This document shows positions 30,908 through 40,912 of a stretch of 64,000 nt of DNA, piece by piece (the stretch's first letter is position 1; every line of letters starts with the position of its first letter). This DNA is from an uncultured Acidimicrobiales bacterium (GTDB lineage Bacteria > Actinomycetota > Acidimicrobiia > Acidimicrobiales > UBA10347), in assembly GCA_943788915.1 (NCBI GenBank), contig CALSSD010000008.1, forward strand, positions 1 to 64,000. The letters are read 5' to 3'. A model generated the notes under the pieces. It saw only the letters and a list, made by a program, of their open reading frames with translations. It made no database searches and had not been told where the DNA came from. The position numbers were made by a program, and so were the translations under genes.

Positions 30908-33727
30908 CTACTCGGTCGACTGGAAGACCAGTCGCAGCAGCTTGATTTCGTCGTAGGAGTGGCGGCCGTCGAATGCTTCATAGATCGGTCGTAGTGCTTC
31001 GTCGCCGAGCTGACCGAATGCGTCCAGGACAGCAGCTTGGTCATCGTCGGTAAGACCGGATTGCTGTTGAAGCATCTCGCCGGAAACTTTGCCGCCAGCG
31101 TCTATGAACTTGGCCACGTTGGTTGTCACGGTGCCGTGTTTGACGCCCAGGCGGGTCGCCACATCAGCAATGGGCTCGCCGGCAGCGACTGCTTCGCCAA
31201 CCTCTTGCCACCGCTTCTTGTGCAACGAGTCAGACAGCGTGGGCGCACTCGGCTGCGCGTAGACCGGAACGGCGCCGGGCTTGGGTTGTTCGGTCAACTC
31301 GTTCTGCTCGCAGTGGGCAACGATCAGTGGGATGAACTCGCTTGCGAACTTCTTGATCTTGCTGGCCCCGACGCCGTGAATTGAGCCGAAGCTGGCCTCG
31401 CTCTGGGGAAGGTGTGTTGCCATTTCGATCAACGACCGGTCGCCAAAGATGACGTAGGGAGGAACGTTTGCGGCGTTGGCCAGCTCGGTGCGTTTGGCCC
31501 GCAACACATCGAACAAGTCGGTGTCGTAGTCGCCAGCGACCCAGTCCTTGCTCCTGCCACCGCGACTGCCGCCGAGGCCCGAGGATCGTTGTTCTGCTGG
31601 TAACCGGTCGCCCATGACTTTGACGTCGCCGTCCAAGACCGCTTGGCCCTGACTCGTCAGCGACAGGCTGCCGTATTTCAGGTCACGGTTGAGTAAGCCT
31701 TGGTCCACGAACTGGTGAACAAAGAACGTCCACTCCTGCTTCGTCGTGTCACTCCCCGAGTTGTACGACGACAGCCGATTGTGCTCATTGTCGAGCACCT
31801 TCTTCGCGGCAGAGCCTCGAAGCACGTCGATGATGTGGGCGGCGCCGAAGTAACCACCGGTCTGTTGCACACATGTCAGCAGTCGCTTGGCAGCGGCGGT
31901 GATCTCAACCTCGGGGGTTTGCTCTTGGGTGCAGCGATCGCATCCATCGCAGTTGTCTTGGTCGTAAGTCTGGCCGAAGTACTCCAGCAGCGACCGGCGA
32001 CGGCATCGCTTGGACGACACGTAGCCGACCAGCGCCTGCAGCAATGTTTGTCGCTGCTGGGCTTCCGACGCTGCTCCCTGTTCGATGAAACGTTGCTGGC
32101 GCCCGACATCGCTGGGTGCGAACAGCAGGCGCACATCAGCTGGCAACCCGTCTCGGCCGGCACGACCGATCTGCTGGTAGTACGCCTCGATGTTGTTGGG
32201 CAGATAGATGTGCAGCACATAACGGACGTCGGGCTTGTCGATGCCCATACCGAAAGCCACGGTCGCGACCATGATGTCGACTTCGTCTCGGATGAACGCC
32301 GCCTGGTTCTTCGACCGCACCTGGGGCGCGAGCCCAGCGTGATACGGCAGCGCTTTCAGGCCACGCTCTTGTAACCGTTGGGCCATCGAGTCCACGTCTT
32401 TGCGTGTGCCGCAATAGATGATTCCGCTTTGACCCTTGTGTGCATCGACGAAGGCAAGCGACTGCGCCAACACGTCGGCCTTGGGCTCAATGTCTATGTA
32501 GAAATTCGGGCGATCGAAGCTGCCCACAAAAGTGTTGGCGTCGCTAAAGGCCAGCTGGTCGCGGATATCGGCTTGCACCTGCGGTGTCGCGGTTGCCGTC
32601 AGCGCCACACACGTGGCGTGGGGGAAACGCTGGCGTACTTCGACCAGCTTGCGGTACTCGGGTCGGAAGTCGTGACCCCAGCTCGAAATGCAGTGTGCTT
32701 CATCGATGGCGATGAGCTCGAGGCGACTCTCCTGAAGCAGCTGCAAAATGTCGGGCTTGAGCAGCGTTTCTGGCGCCAGGTACAACAGCTTGATGTCGCC
32801 GGCTCGCACCTGGTCTTTGACCATGCCATAGGTTCGGGGATCGAGCGAGCTGTTCAAATAGCTGGCAGGCACGCCCCAACTTGTCAGCTGCGTGACCTGG
32901 TCTTCCATCAGCGCAATCAGCGGTGAGACAACCACGGTTAACCCGTCGAGCAGCAACGCCGGAATCTGATAACACAGCGACTTGCCACCGCCGGTCGGCA
33001 TGATGACCAGGGTGTCCTGGTGCTCGACCACGTTGGTGATGGCCTCGGCCTGCAGCGGGCGGAACTCGTCGTAACCAAAAACCTGTTGCAGTACGCCGAG
33101 CGCGTCGACACCATCGGCGAGTTCCAAGCTCCGCTGCTGGAGCTGGGAAGCGGGGTCATCGTGCTCGTCAGAGGAGGCAGAGGAATAGCCGCCTGCGTCG
33201 TCTTCGCCGTACCAGTCAGGCTGTGTCGGATCTGGTTCGCTTACGGCACTCGACAGGCGTTGCTCGATAGCGCGTTGGGTCTGCAGTTCGCCGTGTTCGT
33301 CGATGTGGGTGACATCGATGCCGAGCTCGCGCAGTGTCATGCCGATCAATCGGCTGCGATGGCTGCGCTCGGGCTTGGCTTCAGTGCTGAACAGGGCCAC
33401 CCGGTGGCCGCCGTGGTGAGCCTTTTCGAGGCGAGCAATACCGGCGAGATAGAAATCGGCGGAACGCAACAGTTCGACATCGACCGACCCGTCACGCTGC
33501 ACGCTCGGATCATCGGGTTCGGCGCCGAGCGAGTCACCCATAAACATGTATCGCATCCCGGCAGCTGCGAGCGCAGCCTGCAGCGGCTCGGGGCTGAACA
33601 GTGCATGTTGGTCGGAATCAGGATGCGAACGCACGTCGATCAGAAACTCGACGTCGTGCGTCTTCAGTAGATCGATCACCTGCGACACCGAACGATCGCC
33701 CAAACCAATCGCAAACGTCGAACTCAT
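30908..33727 (-). CDS. recQ: RecQ helicase with N-terminal DUF488 domain (RQC, HRDC, C-terminal HTH)
   Basis: MPTGGGKS, DEAHC, ATVAFGMGIDK, QQIGRAGRDG, CDGCDRC Zn site, HRDC. N-terminus IDVRSHP...ERSHR. One continuous 939-aa ORF. Confidence 0.9.
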   Translation of the reverse strand: MSSTFAIGLGDRSVSQVIDLLKTHDVEFLIDVRSHPDSDQHALFSPEPLQAALAAAGMRYMFMGDSLGAEPDDPSVQRDGSVDVELLRSADFYLAGIARLEKAHHGGHRVALFSTEAKPERSHRSRLIGMTLRELGIDVTHIDEHGELQTQRAIEQRLSSAVSEPDPTQPDWYGEDDAGGYSSASSDEHDDPASQLQQRSLELADGVDALGVLQQVFGYDEFRPLQAEAITNVVEHQDTLVIMPTGGGKSLCYQIPALLLDGLTVVVSPLIALMEDQVTQLTSWGVPASYLNSSLDPRTYGMVKDQVRAGDIKLLYLAPETLLKPDILQLLQESRLELIAIDEAHCISSWGHDFRPEYRKLVEVRQRFPHATCVALTATATPQVQADIRDQLAFSDANTFVGSFDRPNFYIDIEPKADVLAQSLAFVDAHKGQSGIIYCGTRKDVDSMAQRLQERGLKALPYHAGLAPQVRSKNQAAFIRDEVDIMVATVAFGMGIDKPDVRYVLHIYLPNNIEAYYQQIGRAGRDGLPADVRLLFAPSDVGRQQRFIEQGAASEAQQRQTLLQALVGYVSSKRCRRRSLLEYFGQTYDQDNCDGCDRCTQEQTPEVEITAAAKRLLTCVQQTGGYFGAAHIIDVLRGSAAKKVLDNEHNRLSSYNSGSDTTKQEWTFFVHQFVDQGLLNRDLKYGSLSLTSQGQAVLDGDVKVMGDRLPAEQRSSGLGGSRGGRSKDWVAGDYDTDLFDVLRAKRTELANAANVPPYVIFGDRSLIEMATHLPQSEASFGSIHGVGASKIKKFASEFIPLIVAHCEQNELTEQPKPGAVPVYAQPSAPTLSDSLHKKRWQEVGEAVAAGEPIADVATRLGVKHGTVTTNVAKFIDAGGKVSGEMLQQQSGLTDDDQAAVLDAFGQLGDEALRPIYEAFDGRHSYDEIKLLRLVFQSTE

Positions 33728-33837
33728 GTCGCCAATCTACGGGGTTTGATCAGGGCTGGTACCGGACCGTGAATGCAGCCAGGTCGAACGTGGTTCTCTG
33801 AGGCACGCGCGAGCGGCAGCCACGACTCACGCCTGCG

Positions 33838-34152
33838 CTAGCCCGGTGCCAGCTGAAAGACCTGATCGCCCACTTCGACTTCGATACGCAGCGTGCCGCC
33901 GAGTGCTTCGGTGAGCTTGCGCAGTGTCGACAGTTTCGGGTCCGCTGATCGTTCGAGGCGTGACAGACCGCCCTGGGTCATACCCAGGCGTCGAGCAAGC
34001 TCCGTCTGATCAACGCCAAGCGCCCGACGCAGTTCACCCAGGTGGTGCGCCACGAGCTCCGCTTCCATTTCGGATCGGATCTCGGCCATCTGCGCCCTGG
34101 ACTCAGGATCGTCGTAAAGCGGTGCGGCCAGGTGCTTGAACTTCTTGCCCAT
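33838..34152 (-). CDS. XRE-family HTH antitoxin (HigA-like)
   Basis: LRRALGVDQTELARRLGMTQGGLSRLER..KLSTLRK..ALGG. Confidence 0.88.
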   Translation of the reverse strand: MGKKFKHLAAPLYDDPESRAQMAEIRSEMEAELVAHHLGELRRALGVDQTELARRLGMTQGGLSRLERSADPKLSTLRKLTEALGGTLRIEVEVGDQVFQLAPG

Positions 34153-34461
34153 CTAGATCAGTCCTTCGTCGGCCAGTCTTTGGATGTGGTCATCGAACAG
34201 ATCATCGGCGATGGGGATGGCTTTGTCGTACCACGCATTCCACTTCCCTGACTTGTCGCCACCGAAGAGCAAGATCACCGATCGCCGAGGATCGAATGCG
34301 AAAAGCGTGCGAGTCGTGCTCGCTCGTAGCTCTTTCATGTTCGCGTGTCTGCTCATAGTCACGGTGTCGACGAGCGGCCTCCCCAGGCTTGGCCCGTATT
34401 CTGCGAGGAGTTCCACACCCTGCGCGATGTGACGCTGCTGTTCCAATGGCAGTGTCGCCCA
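34153..34461 (-). pseudogene. RelE/HigB (Gp49-like) toxin lacking its N-terminus
   Basis: GPSLGRPLVDTV..SRHANMKELR..RTLFAFDPRR..LLFGGDKSG..WY..AIPIAD; no start codon of its own, abuts the TM0106 fragment. Confidence 0.8.
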
Positions 34462-34981
34462 ACACGACATGCACCCGATCGGGTCGGCTTCCCTGAATGG
34501 CTTCAAGGTGATGGGCATAGTCGGCGAGCTGCACCAACGCCGACACTTTTTCGGTTCGAGCAAGCTTGGTGTCATAGGGCTCGTAGCGATGCACGCCCTC
34601 GGCAGACGGCGCCTCCGACGTTCGCAACAAGAAGTCGGCGTGACCACGCCAGCGGCCATCGAAGAACGTCGCCTGGAAGATGACGTCGGCACCACCGCGC
34701 ATCGCTTCGACCGTGTCGACATGGCGCTGCGGTAGCTCTGCCGACGAACATGCGTCGTCGATCTCGGCAATGGTCAGGCCTTGCGCTCGCAGCTCTTCGA
34801 GATAGTGCTGTTCGTGCTTGTCGCCAAGATCGCGAATGAGCTGCACCTCGCTGCGATCATCGCTGGGCGCGGCGAGCTCGCGAATCGATACCAGGCGATT
34901 CAGCTGCGTCAAGTGCTCACACGCGAGGTGACTCACCAGATCCGACGGGCTAAAGACGTGCTCGTTGTCAACGAATTGCAT
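34454..34981 (-). pseudogene. N-terminal fragment of a TM0106-family RecB-like nuclease(-helicase)
   Basis: SPSDL..LACEH, GDKHE, IFQATF..WRGHADFL, YEPYDTKLAR..QL..Y; breaks off after HVVLGD. Confidence 0.8.
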
Positions 34982-35216
34982 GGGTCCTCGTGGCCAGTTG
35001 CCGTCGACCCTCGCCGATCAGCCTTGCGCACTCGCGGTCGGATGTCGATTCAACCCTGTCGCTCGTTGGCTCGCCGATCATCTGCCCTCTTTCGTCGCAC
35101 GCCGGTGAGCCGTTCGGGCACGGTGCTTTTGCTGTCCTTGAATGTGCACTTCTGATTCTGGGACCGGTAGAGCCCGAGGTCCCAGGGTTGGGACTGACAC
35201 ATATTCTCACATCTCT

Positions 35217-35239
35217 GCTGTAGGCGCTGGCTGTGACAA
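35217..35239 (-). promoter_or_regulatory. TTGTCACAG-N8-TAC promoter motif
   Basis: TTGTCA-CAGCCAGCGCC-TACAGC, oriented toward the TM0106 gene. Confidence 0.5.
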
Positions 35240-35259
35240 GCCCCACTGTCAACCGTGGA

Positions 35260-35862
35260 TCATTGGAAACCTTGTAGGTCGAGATAGTCGATCAGTTCAT
35301 GGCGCAAACCAGCGTCTGATCGGACGACCCTCAGTAGCGCGTCTCGGCCATCTCGTTTCCCGATGTAGGTGAGTGCCACCCATCGATTGCCGAGCGGGTC
35401 AACCCCTGCATACACCTCGTGGCGGTCGCGATTGCCTATCCACCTCCCGGCCATGGGATACGGGCCGGGTGGGTACATGTTGCAGTCGAATATCGACGTC
35501 GCCTCTCTGATGGCATTGGCGCGTTCCTGCCAGCGCAGGCGCACCGCTCGTCGGTAACGAACCAGTCCCAACGTGTTCGGTTCCGGCCGAGTCGCTGGGG
35601 GCTTCAGCCTCGAGGGCTTCGGGCTCGGGGGCACGGCAGCGGCAGGATCGACGAAGGCCACAAGTCGAACCTCGGAATCGAATGGCACCTGAACCAGCGG
35701 CGGTTCAACCCGCAGACCAAGCATCCGAAGCTCATTATCGATCCGCTCTACCACCTGACGGTCACGACGTTTCGCGCCCCACAAAGCAAGAAGCTCCTTC
35801 GGCGTAATCACATCATCGGAAGCGATCCGTTGGAGCTTCGCTCGTCGCTGCTCAGGCTCCAT
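35260..35862 (-). CDS. Hypothetical protein
   Basis: 200-aa ORF; N-terminal ITPKELLALWGAKRR..IDNEL..GL..EP domain, Pro-rich linker, unknown C-terminal domain. Confidence 0.65.
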   Translation of the reverse strand: MEPEQRRAKLQRIASDDVITPKELLALWGAKRRDRQVVERIDNELRMLGLRVEPPLVQVPFDSEVRLVAFVDPAAAVPPSPKPSRLKPPATRPEPNTLGLVRYRRAVRLRWQERANAIREATSIFDCNMYPPGPYPMAGRWIGNRDRHEVYAGVDPLGNRWVALTYIGKRDGRDALLRVVRSDAGLRHELIDYLDLQGFQ

Positions 35863-36000
35863 AACGAGACACCCCGCGTGGCTGCCGAGAAATGGATGTC
35901 TCCCGCTCGGCGACGGTGCGGCTAGCTGTCATCATTCGAGTCTCCCGTTGAGACGGCGCCCCGCTCCTCGATGATGCTGATGCCAAGCGCGCCTATCTCC

Positions 36001-36124
36001 GTTGTACAACCCGCCTGTGACAATCGCGATAGGTCCCGCGCAGCTCTCGCCACCATCCGCAGCAACCACAACAACGCGCCCATGAGCCTCGCCGAACACG
36101 TTTGTCACAGCTGGCCCCTACTGC
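36001..36124. promoter_or_regulatory. Divergent pair of TTGTCACAG-N8-TAC promoter motifs
   Basis: Minus strand 36023-36001: TTGTCA-CAGGCGGGTTG-TACAAC. Plus strand 36102-36124: TTGTCA-CAGCTGGCCCC-TACTGC. Confidence 0.55.
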
Positions 36125-36150
36125 TTTGAGAACCAACAAGCGAGGCAGTC

Positions 36151-36729
36151 ATGTCAGATCAAGTTCCACCCCCACCAGTCCCTCAGCCACAGATCGTGTA
36201 CGTCGAGGCCCCCAAGAAGAAGCACAGAATCCGCAAGTTTCTGCTCATTGGGCTTGGCATCATCGTGCTCATGGCGGCGATCTCTGCGCTCGCCGGCGGC
36301 ACTGACGAAACGACATCGTCAGGCAATTCAAACCAGACCTCGAGCTCAGCCTCGAATTCGAGCTCGTCCCGAACACCGATCTCGTTCGACAAGATCGTCG
36401 CCGATACCGAAGGCATGACCGATGCCCAATTTGATCGGTATGTGGAGTCGGCCGAAAAGAACAATCGGGCCGCGAACTGGACTGCGACAGTCACCGACGT
36501 CGACGACCAAGTCTTCGGCAGCGAGTACTTCGCCCACCTGACCGTGAATCCCGGTGAGACGTTCGACTTCTACGACATCAGCATCGACATCGCCGAGGAG
36601 GTTGCCCTTTCACTGAATCTCAACGACGAAATCACCTTCTCAGGCGAGATCAAGGACATAGACAACACGCTCGACCTGTTGGTCGTCTCCCTGAACAAGG
36701 TCACGATCCACTCCGTCAACGGCTCATGA
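36151..36729 (+). CDS. Membrane-anchored protein with probable OB-fold-like extracytoplasmic domain
   Basis: Pro-rich start, KKK plus TM helix, Ser-rich linker, WTATVTDV...LSLNLNDEITFSGEI. Confidence 0.7.
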   Translation: MSDQVPPPPVPQPQIVYVEAPKKKHRIRKFLLIGLGIIVLMAAISALAGGTDETTSSGNSNQTSSSASNSSSSRTPISFDKIVADTEGMTDAQFDRYVESAEKNNRAANWTATVTDVDDQVFGSEYFAHLTVNPGETFDFYDISIDIAEEVALSLNLNDEITFSGEIKDIDNTLDLLVVSLNKVTIHSVNGS

Positions 36730-37356
36730 GCCTCGCTCATCCGCAGTGCCACCCAGCTACCTGAGGAGCAGCGGCAAACAGCCGGAGAACACTGTCGGTC
36801 GCGCCCGCCCAGGTCGCCCACAACTTGGCCAGATCAATCGGCCAACTCACGGGCGGCGAACAAACAAGCGAAGACAGAAACAAAACAAGCGGGCCCTCAT
36901 CGCTGCCCAAGCCCTGTTGCGAGCTCTGGGTTCGATGAGGCACTGCGTCTTCTCACTTTCAGCGAGGATAAATGACCACTATTCACTGTGCTCTGCCACC
37001 TAAGACGCTTCTGTCAATAGGGAAGTTTGAACTCCTCAAGGAGCCCTGCAACAGCACTGCCAGCCCCGACAGGCCTACCCCGCATCACGTCTTCTCGTGA
37101 TGTAGTGCGCTGTCCTATCGATGGGATGTGACCTGGTCAATTGTCTTTAGCTGCGGAGGTTTCTTCATCTTGTTCGAAACCAATGAGCCCGGTGCACACG
37201 CCGACAGGCGTTCATGGTTGAACGCGCACACTTGGGCGGCCGATGCGGTTTTGCCCTATGCGGCGGGAACACCGTGCATATCAACGGTGGCGTCGGTGAG
37301 CGCCACGCGACGACTGTGGTTCGCGGTGAACGTCACGACCTCGTCATCGCTGTCGG

Positions 37357-38557
37357 TCATCGTGGGGTTGCTTCGGCCCGGAGTCGCCGCATTGCGAGTG
37401 TCCACATTGTTGCGGGGCCGTCGTGGTCGATATAGCACCCTTGCAGATGGCGCGCGCCTCCGGATGGAGTCGAAGGCGGTACGGCCGTGCAGGACGCGGT
37501 GGTTGTCGACGACTGCGACGTCGCCGGCCAGCAGCCGGAACTGCACCTGCCGGGCGGGATCGTTCAGCGCTGCAGCCAGCCAACGGCGCCCCCGGTAATA
37601 CACGTCGAGGACATCGGGGTCTGCGGCGGGGGCGTAGTCGAGGCGGGTCGAGAATCGGAACTGGCGCAGCGTCCCGTCGGGCCGCAGCTCGATCATTGGT
37701 GCCCGAGCCACCTTGACATCGGTGCCGATGTCGTAGCGGTATTCGACCGGCAACGTGCTTAATACGTCGTATGCCTGTTCGTCGAACTCGCGCAGCGCTC
37801 GAATCGCGGCGAGGCCGTCGACGATCGTCGAGTCGCCCCCCGGCGCATCGTTCACGATCGCGTGCAGGAACTGGATCCCGGGCGTCGGCCGGCGGTAGGG
37901 CTGATCTGTGTGTGCGGACAGGGCGACGGGCGTGTAGGCCAGGTCGACGGGCGCCGGCACGGCGCGCACATCGAACAACGTCCCGAAGTTCGTCGCAGAG
38001 ATCCTGCCGAAATGCGCAGCGACGGTGTTCAGGGCTCCGGGCTGGGCGAGGGTGCCGCGCAGCACGAAAAACCCGTAGCGGAAGAACGCGTCGAGCGCGG
38101 CGATCGTCGCGTCGAGGTGATCCGCACCGTGCAAACCTTCCCAGCTCACGACCGGAACGTGGAACCCTGCGGCGACCCACGGCTCGGGGGCAGGCGGCTC
38201 CTCCTCCCCCACAGCACCGTCGGCTGCCCGGATCGCCTCTGCGAGGTCGTCGAAGAGGAACTCGGCGTGGTGCCCGTCAGAGAATTCGACCAACAAGCGC
38301 GACTCGCTGACGCGGCACCACGTGATGCGGAGGTCGGCGTCGACGTCGAGCGGTTCATACAGCCGCTGGCGGTTGACGGGGTCGACTGATCCGGCTGTCG
38401 TCGACCGTTCCCGCAGCCACAGCGAGTGGAACGTGTGGCCACGACCGCCATGACAGAACTCGACGCGCTCGCCACCGCCGACAATCCGCGCCACCGCTGA
38501 CGATGACGGGTGCTCGACGAGCACGGTGTTTCCGGCCGCTGCAGCCCTCGATGACAT
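37357..38557 (-). CDS. TauD/gamma-butyrobetaine hydroxylase-like Fe(II)/2OG dioxygenase (apparent frameshift near 37465)
   Basis: WLRER..QRL GBBH-like N-domain, AHTDQPY, VDG, DNHRVLHGR. Corrected end RHLQGCYID...ATPR-stop at 37357. Confidence 0.85.
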
Positions 38558-38647
38558 CACGACACCACTCTGCACCATCGATCGCCGTCCGAACAGTGAC
38601 GGTTTCGGCAACGTGGCATACTCTCACGGCATGGTGGATCAATCGAA

Positions 38648-39607
38648 ATGAGGCCGCTCGTACGGCACACCCAACGACTCCAACGGCTCGCCGTGTTCGA
38701 GGCTGCGGCCCGCCTCGGCAGCTTCTCGGCGGCGGGCCGAGAGCTCGCAATGGCCCAACCTGCAGTGACCCGCCAGGTGCGGGCCCTGGAAGTGGCGCTG
38801 GACGTGGAGCTGTTCCGCCGTTCGGCGAATCGGGTCGAGCTCACAGAGGCGGGCCGGCGGTTCGCGGACACGCTCGACGTCGCGTTCAGCGCAATCGAGC
38901 ACGCAATCGACGAGGTCACCGAACTCGACGCGACGTTCGTATTGGCCACTCCCCCCGGTTTCGCGCAGCAACTGATCGTGCCGGCACTCGATTCGCTGCA
39001 GCATGCGCTCGGCGACCGCGATCTGCGGTTGTGGCTGTATGACGCCGAGCGCGAACTCACCGAGGGAACGTTCGACGCAGCCGTACGGCTCAGTTCCACC
39101 GGCAGTGGCTGGCCCGGCCACCAACACCGCGAGCTGTTCGCCGAACACGTCGTGCCGGTTGCCTCACCGAGCCTTGCCGACGAGCTCGGGCTGAACGCGT
39201 CGAGTTCCGCCACCGACGTGCTCGCAGCGCCGCTGCTTCACATGGACGCCCGCGACCGTCCGTGGATGTCGTGGGCCGAGTGGCTCGCCGCATCCGATCT
39301 AGCGCTCACCCCGGGCCGCCGCCGGGTCGTGTTCAACAACTACCCAACAGTGCTCCAACAGGCGGTCGCCGGCCGCGGTGTCGCGCTCGGCTGGATCGGG
39401 CTCGTCGATGGCCTCGTCGCGGACGGACTGCTGAGGCCCGTCGGCCCGCAAGTGTCATCCGCCCGCAGCTACTGCGTCACGTGGCCCGAGCGACGATCGA
39501 GTAGCGCGGTGTCTGCCGTGGTGGCGTGGCTCGAGAGTTACACAAGATCTGCCGGCGAGGCTGCGTCGGAGCCGTCGACCCGCGACCAGACACAATCGAT
39601 GCCCTGA
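38648..39607 (+). CDS. LysR family regulator (GcvA-like)
   Basis: LAVFEAAARLGSFSAAGREL..QPAVTRQVRALE; QQAVAGRGVALGW. Divergent from the dioxygenase. Confidence 0.92.
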   Translation: MRPLVRHTQRLQRLAVFEAAARLGSFSAAGRELAMAQPAVTRQVRALEVALDVELFRRSANRVELTEAGRRFADTLDVAFSAIEHAIDEVTELDATFVLATPPGFAQQLIVPALDSLQHALGDRDLRLWLYDAERELTEGTFDAAVRLSSTGSGWPGHQHRELFAEHVVPVASPSLADELGLNASSSATDVLAAPLLHMDARDRPWMSWAEWLAASDLALTPGRRRVVFNNYPTVLQQAVAGRGVALGWIGLVDGLVADGLLRPVGPQVSSARSYCVTWPERRSSSAVSAVVAWLESYTRSAGEAASEPSTRDQTQSMP

Positions 39608-39836
39608 TCCCGAGGTAGTGCGTTGTGACGAGGTAGTGGATCTGACGGGCAGACTCGTCGCCAGCCGCTCCATCAGTAATCAGCCGATCCGCAACAGCGA
39701 GCTAACGAACGATCTGCTCGGGCGCGTGATTCTTCCTCTTTGTCATAGTCATGTCCTTGCCCCGAAAGGGTGATCAAGGACTCCAAAACGACACGGCACC
39801 AAAACCAGGGGGCATTCCACCACGTCCAGTGACGTA

Positions 39837-40196
39837 TCAGTCGCCCCGCAATTGATGGTCGAGATCGACGAGCAACAGGGGTTCGAGATTATGGCTATGT
39901 AACCGCGACATGAGCGAGGCAGGCAGATCGCCGAACGCGACGGTGCCTGCTTCGAGCGCCCGCAGATCCGCATGGGCCAGACCAAGTTCAGCAGCGAAAT
40001 CGGTGGGCGACTTGCCGCTCATGCCACGCAACGCAATCGTGACCGCAGCCGCCACCGCGTGTTCCACGCCCTGGCCTGCCAGTCGGATAGCGATGCGTTC
40101 GGTGAGCGTGGTCACATTAGATATGTACGACCCAGCCGTGACAACAACAGGTTCATCCGCTGGCATGGGCTCAGGCGTATCGACGATGATCATCAT
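39837..40196 (-). CDS. Small XRE-like HTH protein
   Basis: LRGMSGKSPTDFAAELGLAHADLRALEAG; TGATG-coupled to the upstream gene. Confidence 0.6.
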   Translation of the reverse strand: MMIIVDTPEPMPADEPVVVTAGSYISNVTTLTERIAIRLAGQGVEHAVAAAVTIALRGMSGKSPTDFAAELGLAHADLRALEAGTVAFGDLPASLMSRLHSHNLEPLLLVDLDHQLRGD

Positions 40197-40849
40197 CAAC
40201 ACGCCTCAACCCATGACAGACGAACAAGAGTGGCAAAGGACGGATCGCTCTCAGCCAAACCGCTCAAACGCTGCCGCAGCCGACGATCAATCTGGCGCAC
40301 ATTCGAAGGTGACAAACCAAACATCTCACCAACCGTATTCGCCGGCGAACGATCACCCAGCGCCTTCTGCGCCTGGTATTCAAGATGCACCTTCGCATCA
40401 CGCTCACTCGCCACCGCGGTCAACGCCGACAACAATTGAGCAAGCTCGACATGATCACCAGCCAGGTCAACCAGATCAGGCGTGACCATAACCGGCGACC
40501 CGACATCGGCCTCGCCATGTGACCGGTCATCCCACTCGACCGCAGGATGGCCAAGCCACCGCACAATCTCGGCCCGAATCGCACGCTCGGCCCAGGTCCA
40601 CGGCAACGCACCCGCAGGATCCCACGACGGCGAACGGTCAAACAGCACAAACGCCGCCGACTGCACCAGGTAATCGACGTCCTCGTTCTTGCGAAGAACA
40701 TCGGGCCGATTCAGCGACATCAGTAGACGCCTAACCGTGCCAGCGAGTTCGTTGCCGAACTCATCAATAAACGGGAACAGCGCCGCAGGGTCGCCTGTGG
40801 CCATCGAGGCCATAAGACGAACCAGCACTGTTCGATTGGGGGAAGCCAC
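40196..40849 (-). CDS. Divergent sigma-70/ECF-like protein
   Basis: Region-2-like DVDYLVQSAAFVLF..WDPAGALPWTWAERAIR and region-4-like TVGEMFGLSPSNVRQIDRRLRQRL. SD AAAGGA before GTG at 40849. Confidence 0.6.
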   Translation of the reverse strand: MASPNRTVLVRLMASMATGDPAALFPFIDEFGNELAGTVRRLLMSLNRPDVLRKNEDVDYLVQSAAFVLFDRSPSWDPAGALPWTWAERAIRAEIVRWLGHPAVEWDDRSHGEADVGSPVMVTPDLVDLAGDHVELAQLLSALTAVASERDAKVHLEYQAQKALGDRSPANTVGEMFGLSPSNVRQIDRRLRQRLSGLAESDPSFATLVRLSWVEAC

Positions 40850-40912
40850 AACAGTCCTTTCGTGACAGTTGGAAGGGTTTCGGCACCCGGCTACAGCCAG
40901 GGGCACATCTCC

